From: Gemmatimonadales bacterium
Lineage (GTDB): Bacteria; Gemmatimonadota; Gemmatimonadetes; Gemmatimonadales; GWC2-71-9
Direction: 5' to 3'
Length of the DNA stretch: 56,966 bases
NCBI GenBank assembly: GCA_041615815.1
Contig: JBFJCP010000028.1
Location: 1 to 56,966, forward strand
Part shown: in pieces, positions 18,338 through 27,459 of the stretch
Numbering within the stretch: position 1 is the stretch's first letter
Layout of the letters: every line of letters starts with the position of its first letter
The notes under the pieces: generated by a model
Seen by the model: only the letters and a program-made list of their open reading frames with translations
What the model was told of the DNA's origin: nothing
The model's database searches: none
Made by a program: the position numbers and the translations under genes

Positions 18338-20110
18338 ATGTGTGGTATTTGCGGTGAAGTTCGATTTGACGGCTCCATACCGTCAGTCCAACGCTTGGAG
18401 CGGATGGCGCGCGTCCTGGAACCCCGGGGTCCAGACGGGTCCGGCGTGGTGCTCCGCAACGGCTGCGGTTTCGCGCACCGCCGTCTGAAGATCTTCGATC
18501 TCTCCGAGCAGGCACAACAGCCGATGGTGGACAGCGCGCTCGGGCTCACCTTGGTACACAACGGTGCCGTGTACAACTACCTCGAGCTGCGGACCGAGCT
18601 CGAGCAGCAGGGGTATCGGTTCTTTTCCGACGGCGACACCGAGGTCATCTTGAAGGCCTACCACGCGTGGGGGCCCACCTTCGTCGAACGGCTCAACGGC
18701 ATGTTCGCCATTGCCCTGCTGGAACGGGACACGGGGCGAGTGGTGTTGGCGCGCGACCGCCTGGGGATCAAGCCGTTGTACCTCGCTGATGTCCGTGGTG
18801 GACTTCGATTTGCTTCGACACTGCCGGCGCTCCTCGCCGGCGGTGGCATCGACACCGAAATCGATGCGATTGGTCTGCACCACTACCTGACGTTTCACAG
18901 TGTGATTCCTCCGCCGCGTACGATCCTGGAGGGTGCCCGGAAACTCCCACCGGCCACGGTGCTCATCCTCGAGACGGATGGGACCCGTCGGGAGCATCGG
19001 TTTTGGGAACCCGTGTTCGAGCGAGCCCCCGGCGATGACGCGAGGAGTGCGGACGAATGGCAGCATCTGGTGCTCGATGCGCTCCGAACCGCGGTTCGCC
19101 GCCGCATCATCGCGGACGTCGAGGTGGGCGTACTGCTCTCCGGCGGGCTCGATTCGAGCCTCGTGGTTGGTCTCCTCGCGGAACTGGGCGCTCACGGGTT
19201 GAAGACGTTCTCTGTGGGATTCGAATCTGTGGGTGACGAGGAAGGCAACGAGTTTCGGTACTCCGATATCGTCGCCAAATGCTTTGGCACGGAACATCGG
19301 AAGATCTTCGTCGACACCGACCGACTGCTCCCGGCGCTTCCCGGCTGCATTGCGGCGATGTCCGAGCCCATGGTGAGCCACGATGTCGTCGGTTTCTATC
19401 TGCTGTCGCAGGAAGTCTCGCAATACGTCAAGGTGGTACAAAGCGGTCAGGGTGCCGACGAGATATTTGGAGGCTACCATTGGTATCCGCCACTGCTGGA
19501 GAGCCGAGACCCCCTGACCGACTACAGTCAGGTGTTCTTCGATCGGGACCACCGCGATTTTCAGCGCGTCGTCCATCCCCGGTTTGTCGAAGACGATCAC
19601 AGCCGACGATTCGTGGAGAGGCATTTTGCGCAGTCAGGTGCGGCCACACCCGCCGACCAAGCCTTGCGGCTCGACACGACGGTCATGCTGGTCGACGATC
19701 CCGTGAAACGCGTCGACAATACCACGATGGCGTGGGGCCTCGAGGCGCGTGTGCCGTTTCTCGACCACGAGGTGGTAGCGTTGGCCGCCCGCATTCCCCC
19801 CGAGCTCAAGATCCGCGGCGGTGGCAAGGGCGTGCTCAAGGACGCGGCCCGGCGGGTCATTCCCTCGGCGGTCATCGACCGTCCCAAGGGATATTTCCCG
19901 GTACCGGCGCTCAAGTATCTCGATGGCCCCTATTTGGCGCTCGCCCACGAGGCGCTGACAGCAGACTCGGCCCGTTCCCGCGCGCTGTTTCGCGCTGACT
20001 ACGTGGACGAGCTGCTCGAGAACCCGCGTGCCCACCACACACCCCTCAAGGGATCCAAGCTGTGGCAGCTCGCGCTCCTCGAACTCTGGTTACAGTCCCA
20101 CGGCATCTGA
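18338..20110 (+). CDS. asnO: N-acetylglutaminylglutamine amidotransferase (asparagine synthase family)
   Basis: N-terminal MCGICG (Ntn Cys), RGPD, HRRL, NGAVYN, DRLGIKPLY, LLSGGLDSS, SGQGADE, EARVPFLD; directly upstream of ngg and an M42 peptidase. Confidence 0.92.
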   Translation: MCGICGEVRFDGSIPSVQRLERMARVLEPRGPDGSGVVLRNGCGFAHRRLKIFDLSEQAQQPMVDSALGLTLVHNGAVYNYLELRTELEQQGYRFFSDGDTEVILKAYHAWGPTFVERLNGMFAIALLERDTGRVVLARDRLGIKPLYLADVRGGLRFASTLPALLAGGGIDTEIDAIGLHHYLTFHSVIPPPRTILEGARKLPPATVLILETDGTRREHRFWEPVFERAPGDDARSADEWQHLVLDALRTAVRRRIIADVEVGVLLSGGLDSSLVVGLLAELGAHGLKTFSVGFESVGDEEGNEFRYSDIVAKCFGTEHRKIFVDTDRLLPALPGCIAAMSEPMVSHDVVGFYLLSQEVSQYVKVVQSGQGADEIFGGYHWYPPLLESRDPLTDYSQVFFDRDHRDFQRVVHPRFVEDDHSRRFVERHFAQSGAATPADQALRLDTTVMLVDDPVKRVDNTTMAWGLEARVPFLDHEVVALAARIPPELKIRGGGKGVLKDAARRVIPSAVIDRPKGYFPVPALKYLDGPYLALAHEALTADSARSRALFRADYVDELLENPRAHHTPLKGSKLWQLALLELWLQSHGI

Positions 20111-20126
20111 GCCGTAGGAGGTTGCA

Positions 20127-21878
20127 ATGGGAAGCTCACCGGATCACGGACCGCAGCGCATCGAGCGTCGGGAGGCGCTCACGCTCAGGAGTTGGGGCGA
20201 TCGGCCCGTGGGTCCTGCGGCCCAGGAGCTGGAGCCGGACGTGGTCGTGGACTGTGGCTGGGGACGGTTGATTCTGGCACACACCTTCACCGACCCCCGC
20301 CGGCTCGCTGCGCTGTTGCAGGCGGAGACCCCGGGAACCCGCGACATCGCCTTTTACATTCGCGATCCGCACGTGCTGCTGTCGCTGGCGCCACAGGAGC
20401 TGTTCCTCGATCCGTCGCACACGTACCGCCTCTGGATGTCGGATTATCGGCCGCCGGCGGCGCGGCCACGGGGGTTCGTGCTTCGCCGCTTGCGCACCGA
20501 GGCGGACTCCGAGGGCATCAATCGCATTTACGCCGCACGGGACATGGTCAGGACCGACCCCATTTCCTTCCCCTACGATCAGCGAACATCGAAGGTGCTC
20601 ACGTATATCGTGGCGGAAGACGATCAGACGGGCGAGATCATCGGAACGGTCACCGGCGTGGATCATGTCCATGCCTTCGACGATCCCGAGAACGGCTCGA
20701 GTCTCTGGTGTCTCGCCGTCGATCCTCAGGCATCGCACCCCGGCATCGGTCGGGCCCTCGTGGAACATTTGGCCGAGCACTACCTGGCCCGTGGACGCAC
20801 GTTGATGGATCTGTCCGTGCTGCACGACAACGAGCAGGCCATCGCCCTGTACGAGCAGCTCGGCTTTCAGCGTGTGCCCGTGTTCTGTGTCAAGCACAAG
20901 AATCCGATCAACGAGGCGCTGTTCGTGGGGCCGGTGACCGAGGCGGCGCTCAACCCTTACGCCGCCATCATCGTGAACGAGGCGCGCCGGCGCGGCATCG
21001 CCGTCGACATCCTCTACGCGGCTGACGGATATTTTTCCCTCACCTACGGGGGGCGCACGATCGTGTGTCGGGAATCCCTTTCCGAGCTCACATCGGCCAT
21101 CGCCTACAGCTTGTGTGACGACAAGGCTGCCACCCGCCGCGTCCTGCGGCGGGCGGGTCTTCAAGTGCCGGCCCAGCAGGCCGCCGGCGAACCAAAGGAG
21201 AACCACGCGTTCCTCGAACGCTACGGGCGCGTCGTCGTCAAGCCCGCCCACGGAGAGCAGGGGCGTGGGGTCTCCGTCGATATCGCTCGACCCGATGAGC
21301 TGGAGAACTCGATCGCACGGGCCGCCCAGGAGGATGATCGGGTGGTCTTGGAGGAGTACGTGGAAGGCGAGGACCTCCGTCTCATCGTGATCGACTTCCA
21401 GCTCGTTGCCGCCGCGATCCGCCGTCCGCCGTGCGTTACCGGCACGGGACGCCACACCATAACACAGCTCGTCGAGAAGCAGAGCCGGCGTCGGGCCGCG
21501 GCGACGGGCGGAGAGAGCCGCATTCCGCTCGACGAGGAAACACGCCGCTGTGTGCGGGGCCACGGGCATGATCTGGACACCGTGCTGCCCGCTGGCGAGA
21601 CGATCACCGTCCGCAAGACGGCGAATCTCCATTCGGGCGGGACCATCCACGATGTGACCGCGGCGCTCCACCCCGCCCTCGGCGAGGCGGCCGAGCGTGC
21701 GGCCCGAGCGCTGAATATTCCCGTCGTCGGATTGGATTTCATTGTCCCGGCAGTCGACGAAGCCGAGTATGTGGTGATCGAGGCCAACGAGCGTCCCGGA
21801 TTGGCCAATCACGAGCCCCAACCCACGGCCGAGCGCTTTGTCGATCTGCTCTTCCCCCAGAGCGTCCCCATCGGGTGA
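20127..21878 (+). CDS. ngg: N-acetylglutaminylglutamine synthetase (GNAT + ATP-grasp)
   Basis: VDCGWGRL N-domain; GNAT SSLWCLAVDPQ...GIGRAL...DLSVLHDN..AIALYEQLGF; ATP-grasp VVVKP..GEQGRG, ANLHSGG, IEANERPGLANHEPQPTAERF; AGGAGG SD. Confidence 0.93.
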   Translation: MGSSPDHGPQRIERREALTLRSWGDRPVGPAAQELEPDVVVDCGWGRLILAHTFTDPRRLAALLQAETPGTRDIAFYIRDPHVLLSLAPQELFLDPSHTYRLWMSDYRPPAARPRGFVLRRLRTEADSEGINRIYAARDMVRTDPISFPYDQRTSKVLTYIVAEDDQTGEIIGTVTGVDHVHAFDDPENGSSLWCLAVDPQASHPGIGRALVEHLAEHYLARGRTLMDLSVLHDNEQAIALYEQLGFQRVPVFCVKHKNPINEALFVGPVTEAALNPYAAIIVNEARRRGIAVDILYAADGYFSLTYGGRTIVCRESLSELTSAIAYSLCDDKAATRRVLRRAGLQVPAQQAAGEPKENHAFLERYGRVVVKPAHGEQGRGVSVDIARPDELENSIARAAQEDDRVVLEEYVEGEDLRLIVIDFQLVAAAIRRPPCVTGTGRHTITQLVEKQSRRRAAATGGESRIPLDEETRRCVRGHGHDLDTVLPAGETITVRKTANLHSGGTIHDVTAALHPALGEAAERAARALNIPVVGLDFIVPAVDEAEYVVIEANERPGLANHEPQPTAERFVDLLFPQSVPIG

Positions 21879-21885
21879 TCGTGCC

Positions 21886-23040
21886 ATGACCATTGCTCAG
21901 ACCAAGTCTTCCGCGAGCCAACCTCGTCCCGAAGTGGACATGGACTATGTCAAGATCGCCCTGCTGACCCTCCTCGATATTGCGAGCCCTACCGGCTTCA
22001 CCGATCAGATCGTGCACTGGACTGGACGGGAGCTGGAACGACTCGGCATCCCATTCGAATTGACGCGGCGCGGAGCCATCCGGGCGGACCTCAAGGGGGA
22101 GCTCGAAAGCCCCGACCGCGCTGTGGTGGCCCACCTGGATACGGTGGGGGCCATGGTCACGGCCCTCAAAGAGAACGGCCGCCTGGCCATCGCCCCGATC
22201 GGCACCTGGTCGAGCCGGTTCGCCGAAGGGGCTCGTGTCTCGATCTGCACGGATCGCGGGCGCATCCGAGGCACCATACTGCCGTTGTTCGCCTCCGGTC
22301 ACACGTTTCACGAGCGCGTGGATACCCAACCCGTGACCTGGGACCACGTGGAAGTTCGGATCGACGAAGTGGTACACAACGCGCGCGATCTCGCCGACCT
22401 CGGCGTCCATGTCGGCGACTTCGTCTCCGTGGACGCCCACCCTGAGGTCGATGACCGGGGATTCGTCAATGCCCGCCACCTTGATGACAAGGCGGGCGTC
22501 GCGGCGGTGCTCGGTGTCGGGAAGGCCATTCGGGATGCGGGATGGACCCTGCCCGTGGATTGCCACCTCGTCTTTACGATCAGCGAGGAGGTGGGGTCGG
22601 GAAGCTCACATACGCTCCACGGCGACGTGGCCGAGATGGTGACGGTGGACAATGCCACGCCCGCACCCGGGCAGAACTCCAGTGAATTCGACGTGACCAT
22701 CGCCATGATGGACTCGAGTGGCCCATTCGACTACCACCTCACCCACAAACTCATTCGGCTCTGCGAGGAGAACCATCTTCCGCATCGGCGGGACGTCTTC
22801 CGACACTACCGGAGCGACAGCGCCTCGGCCGTGGATGCGGGCAACGACTTGCGCACCGCCCTGGTCTGCTTTGGGGTGGATGCGTCGCATGGGTACGAGC
22901 GCACCCACCTCGAATCACTCGAGGCCCTGGCGGCTCTGCTGCTGGCGTATGTCACGAGCCCACCCACCGTCATGCGTGATCGAGATGAGCTCGCCGGATT
23001 GAAGGGGTTTCCGACGCAACCCACGCAGCCACTCACGTAG
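21886..23040 (+). CDS. Osmoprotectant NAGGN system M42-family peptidase
   Basis: SPTG, AHLDT, RHLDDKAG, SEEVG, YRSD, DASHGYERTH; ATG 7 nt after the ngg stop. Confidence 0.9.
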   Translation: MTIAQTKSSASQPRPEVDMDYVKIALLTLLDIASPTGFTDQIVHWTGRELERLGIPFELTRRGAIRADLKGELESPDRAVVAHLDTVGAMVTALKENGRLAIAPIGTWSSRFAEGARVSICTDRGRIRGTILPLFASGHTFHERVDTQPVTWDHVEVRIDEVVHNARDLADLGVHVGDFVSVDAHPEVDDRGFVNARHLDDKAGVAAVLGVGKAIRDAGWTLPVDCHLVFTISEEVGSGSSHTLHGDVAEMVTVDNATPAPGQNSSEFDVTIAMMDSSGPFDYHLTHKLIRLCEENHLPHRRDVFRHYRSDSASAVDAGNDLRTALVCFGVDASHGYERTHLESLEALAALLLAYVTSPPTVMRDRDELAGLKGFPTQPTQPLT

Positions 23041-23100
23041 CGCGGCACCTCTGGGCCGTTCGTCGGTATCAACCCGCGGGACCAACAGGACATCCAACTC

Positions 23101-23616
23101 GTGGACCATTGCGGCGTCGCGCGAATCGTCGTCCTCCTCGCCATCGTCACGCCAGCCGTGGGGGCGCCCGGGGCCGCGCAGGAGTGTGGGTCGCTGGGGG
23201 CAGAAGCGGTGCGCGGCATCAACCGCGCGCGAGCGGACGTCGGCCTCGCACCCCTCTCAGTGGATCTGCGCCTCGTGCGGGCCGCTGCTGGGCACGCCGC
23301 GCACCTCGCCAAGACGGGCCGTGTGGAGCACCGTGGCGATGGCGGATCGACGCCCGCCGAGCGCGTCGGCGCATCCGGATATGTGTGGAGCTTCGTAGCG
23401 GAAAACGTGGCCGCCGGCTACGCGAGCGCCGCAGCCGTGGTCCAAGGATGGTTAGAGAGCCCTTCGCATCGCGCCAACATGTTGAGTCCGGAAGCACACC
23501 ATGTTGGGATCGGATATGTGCAGGTACCGGACGGCCGCTACCGACATTTCTGGACAGCGGCATTCGGGGCCACGCGCGATCCCCGATCGCCTCCACCGCT
23601 CGAGTGTCATCCCTGA
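23101..23616 (+). CDS. Secreted CAP/SCP domain protein
   Basis: Signal-like N-terminus; INRARA..GLAPL, AENVAAG, WLESPSHRANML, VGIG, FWT..FG. Confidence 0.85.
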   Translation: MDHCGVARIVVLLAIVTPAVGAPGAAQECGSLGAEAVRGINRARADVGLAPLSVDLRLVRAAAGHAAHLAKTGRVEHRGDGGSTPAERVGASGYVWSFVAENVAAGYASAAAVVQGWLESPSHRANMLSPEAHHVGIGYVQVPDGRYRHFWTAAFGATRDPRSPPPLECHP

Positions 23617-24041
23617 GCGGTCGTCTCCTTATAGATCGACGCACCCAGGAGGGCGGCCAGCGCCATTTCCACGAGTTGCCACACAACCGCGGTCATCAAG
23701 AGACGGGGAGGGGCCAGGTTGATCATTCCGTCTCCCACAGCTGGCCAGAGCCACACCAGCGCCCACACGACCACACCCACCAGAAGTGCCGTCTTGGGAC
23801 CTGGCCCGAATCGCGGGCGGACGGCGGCGTACAGCCAGACGGTCGCGATGCCGATCAGGAACCCGAACACGACGAATACCATGGCGGCGGACCCCCCGAT
23901 GGGCGGGAGTCCGAGTGCCTCCATGGCGGCCGCGGCATCCTCGGCGATGATGGCGAGGTTGAGGATGGACTCGCCCACGTTGATGACGAGGCCGGCGAGA
24001 AGGCCGCCGGTCACGACACGCCCGATGTTGATCTGGCCCAT
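23607..24041 (-). CDS. Hypothetical 4-TM membrane protein
   Basis: GGAGG SD before ATG 24041; four hydrophobic helices; YAAVRPRFGPGPKTA motif. Confidence 0.75.
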   Translation of the reverse strand: MGQINIGRVVTGGLLAGLVINVGESILNLAIIAEDAAAAMEALGLPPIGGSAAMVFVVFGFLIGIATVWLYAAVRPRFGPGPKTALLVGVVVWALVWLWPAVGDGMINLAPPRLLMTAVVWQLVEMALAALLGASIYKETTAQG

Positions 24042-24148
24042 CAGTACGCCTCCGCGCTGGGAACCCAATCGTATGGCAGGGCGTTCGAGCATGGGTCGTC
24101 GCCGGCCCATGTGTCAAGGCTTCCCCAGGGAGCTAGACTACGAGACTG

Positions 24149-24601
24149 ATGGAAAGAACCGAAACGGGCATCCTCGAGGCTATCTGGATCAAGCGGGCCC
24201 ACCGCGGTCCCATGGATCCTGCCACGCGCGCGGTGCTGGAGCCGGGCGCGGGCATCCTGGGGAACGCCGACCGCGGCGGCAAACGACAGGTCACCATCAT
24301 CGATGCCGACACCTGGGATGGCGTCCAGCAGGGGTTGGGAACGCGTGTGGATCCCGCCGCCCGACGCGCCAACCTCATGGTTCGCGGCCTTCGACTCGCC
24401 GAGACCCGGGGGCAGGTGCTGCGCGTGGGGACATGTCGCATTCGCATCCACGGCGAGACCAGGCCGTGCGAGCGCATGGACGAAGCACACGAGGGACTCC
24501 GGGCGGCGCTGGCGCCCAACTGGGGCGGGGGCGTGTACGGCGAGGTGCTGGACGCTGCGGCGATCGCGGTCGGAGACAGGGTTTCGTGGGAGACGGCGTA
24601 G
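24149..24601 (+). CDS. MOSC domain protein (putative sulfur carrier)
   Basis: RQVTII, RRANLMVRGL, LRVG, GETRPCERMD (conserved Cys), GGVYG...IAVGD. Confidence 0.85.
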   Translation: MERTETGILEAIWIKRAHRGPMDPATRAVLEPGAGILGNADRGGKRQVTIIDADTWDGVQQGLGTRVDPAARRANLMVRGLRLAETRGQVLRVGTCRIRIHGETRPCERMDEAHEGLRAALAPNWGGGVYGEVLDAAAIAVGDRVSWETA

Positions 24602-24680
24602 TCCCCCACCCGCTCATTAAGCAGGTCCTGCCGTTCGGCTCGGCGGGATGGGTGTGATAGGTTCCAGAAAAGGAGAAGCC

Positions 24681-25088
24681 ATGACCGGGAAGATCGACAA
24701 GCCCGACACCGTGTGGCGGGAGAAGCTGACGCCTCAGCAGTACGCAGTGACTCGCGAGAAAGGCACCGAACCGGCGTTCACGGGCCAGTACTTCGATTCC
24801 AAGGAGCCCGGCGTATACCGCTGTGTCTGCTGCGGCATGGAGCTGTTCGACTCTGACGCCAAGTACGACTCGGGCACGGGGTGGCCGAGCTTTTGGGCTC
24901 CTGTGGCTCCGGATCGTGTTCGCACCGAAAGCGATGACAGCTACGGCATGCGGCGCACGGAGGTGCTGTGCGCGGCGTGTGACGCGCACCTCGGCCACGT
25001 GTTCGATGACGGCCCCAAGCCCACCGGGCTCAGGTACTGCATCAACTCCGTTGCACTCGACCTGGACAAGAGAGAAGAGAGAGAATAG
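24681..25088 (+). CDS. msrB: Peptide-methionine (R)-S-oxide reductase
   Basis: AGGAG SD; GTEPAF, CVCC and CAAC Zn ligands, GTGWPSF, HLGHVF, RYCINS. Confidence 0.96.
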   Translation: MTGKIDKPDTVWREKLTPQQYAVTREKGTEPAFTGQYFDSKEPGVYRCVCCGMELFDSDAKYDSGTGWPSFWAPVAPDRVRTESDDSYGMRRTEVLCAACDAHLGHVFDDGPKPTGLRYCINSVALDLDKREERE

Positions 25089-25124
25089 GTCCCGCGCAGG
25101 GGCGGCACCGAGCGGTCCGCGCCC

Positions 25125-25535
25125 TCAGGCTCCGGCCATCTTCAACAGTCGCTTCCACGAAGCCGCGTCCACCGGGATGACGGACAGTCGCGGCATGCGG
25201 ACCAGCGCCAGGTCCTTGAACGCGCGATCCGATTTCACGTCCGCCAGCGTCACCTGGTTCCGGAGCGGCTTGGTGGCCTTGATATCCATCACGACGAGCT
25301 TGGGATCGCTCTGTTGCGGATCCGGATAGGGCCCCTTCACCACCTCGGCCAGCCCCACCAGCGCCTTTTCCTTCCCCGAGTGATAGATGAGCACTCGGTC
25401 GCTCTTCTGCATGCTGCGGATGTGCCGGAGCGCGAGATTGTTTTTGACCCCGTCCCACACGGTGCGTTGCTCCTTGACGAGAGCGTCGTAGCTGTAGGTG
25501 CTCGGCTCGGTCTTGAGAATCCAGTAGCTGGGCAT
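25125..25535 (-). CDS. EVE domain protein
   Basis: YWILKTEP..YS, WDGVKN..A, IYHSG, YPDP, RLSV.PV. Confidence 0.9.
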   Translation of the reverse strand: MPSYWILKTEPSTYSYDALVKEQRTVWDGVKNNLALRHIRSMQKSDRVLIYHSGKEKALVGLAEVVKGPYPDPQQSDPKLVVMDIKATKPLRNQVTLADVKSDRAFKDLALVRMPRLSVIPVDAASWKRLLKMAGA

Positions 25536-25606
25536 GAGTCGATCGCTTTGGGCATCCAGAGGGGAAGAAATCTTACTCGAGGACTACTATCCCGCCTATC
25601 CCACCC

Positions 25607-26278
25607 CTAGACAACCCCAGCCACCCACCGCTCTATCGCTTCCGCCACCTCGGTCATCACGTCCGCGTCCGTACGCCCCGAGCGCTTGGGCACCTTGAAG
25701 GAGTGGTTTCCACCATCGACGATATGCATCGTCGCTGGAAGCCGCTCCACTATGGGAGTGAGCAGCCTGAGATCAGCCAGGTCATCCCTCGTCCCCTGCA
25801 CAAACAGCATGGGGACCTTCACCTCGAACAGATGCTCGGCCCGCTTATCCCCGGGACGTTTTGGCGCGTGGAGTGGGAATCCGAGGAAGACGATGCCCCG
25901 AACGCCGTCGATCGGTGCGGCCGCCTGCGCCATCGAGGTCATGCGTCCACCAAGCGACTTGCCGCCGGCCACGAGTGGCAGGTCGGGAGCGAGCTCCAGC
26001 GCACTGCGCGCGGCCCCCCGAACGGTCGCCTGGAGGCGCGTCGGAGGATCGGGACTCCGCCTTCCCGCTTCCAGGTACGGGAACTGATAGCGGAGAGTGG
26101 CAATCCGGCGCTCCGCGAGCTCTTGGGCCATGCTCTCCATGAAGGCATGGTGCATGCCGGCGCCAGCACCATGGGCCAACAAGTACAGCACCGTGGCGTC
26201 GGGGGGACGCATCAATCGACCGGTCACCCGGCCCACCCGACCATCATCGACGGGGATCACGACCGGTTTGAGACTCAC
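25607..26278 (-). CDS. Alpha/beta hydrolase (KANL3/Tex30-like)
   Basis: LAHGAGAGM, RYQFPY, GGKSLGGRM nucleophile elbow, LGFPLH, QGTRD, GGNHSF. Confidence 0.87.
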   Translation of the reverse strand: MSLKPVVIPVDDGRVGRVTGRLMRPPDATVLYLLAHGAGAGMHHAFMESMAQELAERRIATLRYQFPYLEAGRRSPDPPTRLQATVRGAARSALELAPDLPLVAGGKSLGGRMTSMAQAAAPIDGVRGIVFLGFPLHAPKRPGDKRAEHLFEVKVPMLFVQGTRDDLADLRLLTPIVERLPATMHIVDGGNHSFKVPKRSGRTDADVMTEVAEAIERWVAGVV

Positions 26279-26401
26279 GACGTTCCTCCTGCGCTACCGG
26301 CCGCACAAAGGCCGTCGGCGAAGGCGATGCTCGTCAGCCCCGGACGTCCGCCCCGTTTGTGGGCTGATTCGCCCGTGCATGCGACGCTCGATTCCACCAA
26401 C

Positions 26402-26611
26402 CTACTCCTCCAGCGTAAAGCCAACACGAAGGGTCACCTGCCAGTACCCCACCCCGTTTCCCTCGATCATCCCCCTGGTCTCCGTCACTTCGAACCAGCG
26501 CATGTTCCGAACGGTCTTCGAGGCACGCTGCAACGCCTGCTCCACGGCATCTTCGATGGTCTTCTTGGACGATCCAACCAGCTCGATGGTCTTGTAAATG
26601 TGGTCCGACAT
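26402..26611 (-). CDS. Dodecin (flavin-binding)
   Basis: [12 protein letters not shown]...AVEQAL.RAS.T.R..RWFEV.E.RG...[19 protein letters not shown]. Confidence 0.93.
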   Translation of the reverse strand: MSDHIYKTIELVGSSKKTIEDAVEQALQRASKTVRNMRWFEVTETRGMIEGNGVGYWQVTLRVGFTLEE

Positions 26612-26686
26612 GGCGGGACTCCAGGGTTAACGTGGTTGTGCGAAGCTTCTGCCGCTGCGGTCTCCGTGTCTCCTCTGCCCCGTAGC

Positions 26687-27241
26687 CTAGTCGTCGCGTT
26701 TCTCCAAGAGACGCAACAGCCCCGTATACCCATGGGCCGACAGGCGCTCAGATGCCAGCGCGAAATACGCCGGTCCTGCGGAGATCCCCAACCCGTCCAC
26801 CACCCGATTCATCAAGTTGAACAGTGCGCAGACCGAGGCGGCATGATACAATGCTCGCTCGTCCCACCCGGCATGCAAGATCGCGCGCGCGTCCGCCTCC
26901 GTGACTCGACTCGGTGTCTCGGTGAGCCTTCGGACGTAGCGCAACACCGGCTTCATTCGTTCGCTGATGGGCGCGGCCGCGAGGTCGCTCAGCAAGGCGC
27001 TCACGAGCCCCTCCGAGACGCCAAAGGCCTCGGCGGTGGCCTGGTGAACGCCGTGACAGTACCGGCACGCGTTGAGTCCGGAGACATACGCGGCGATCAG
27101 TTCGCGATCTCCGGTGGAAAAGGGCGACGGCCCACGCATCAGCACCTGATGGTACTCGAGGAGCGGCATGGCCGGCCCTGGGAACGCCTTGAAGACGTCC
27201 AGCAGCACGGCATTGGGCGGCAACGATGGGAGAAATGACAT
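26687..27241 (-). CDS. AhpD/carboxymuconolactone decarboxylase family peroxidase-related protein
   Basis: RELIAAYVSGLNACRYCHGVH (CxxC..H), FNLMNR. Confidence 0.88.
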   Translation of the reverse strand: MSFLPSLPPNAVLLDVFKAFPGPAMPLLEYHQVLMRGPSPFSTGDRELIAAYVSGLNACRYCHGVHQATAEAFGVSEGLVSALLSDLAAAPISERMKPVLRYVRRLTETPSRVTEADARAILHAGWDERALYHAASVCALFNLMNRVVDGLGISAGPAYFALASERLSAHGYTGLLRLLEKRDD

Positions 27242-27338
27242 AGGACGTTCCTCTGGCGGAGAGGCGGGACGGAGCCGCGGCTAGAGTACGCCGCCGCTGA
27301 ACGGTCGGCAAGCAGCACCGCTTCTCTCGACCCCCGGC

Positions 27339-27367
27339 TTGATATTCGAGGTCCCTAACGCTATGCT
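27339..27367 (+). promoter_or_regulatory. Putative sigma70 promoter of the gabT operon
   Basis: TTGATA (27339-27344), 17-nt spacer, TATGCT (27362-27367), about 90 nt upstream of the start codon. Confidence 0.55.
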
Positions 27368-27459
27368 AATACGGCGCTTAGGAGCCATCCTACCGCACGT
27401 GTCCCCATGATGAACACCTCAAGGGCGCGTTGGAGTCGTCTTCTTTCAGCGAGGTTATG

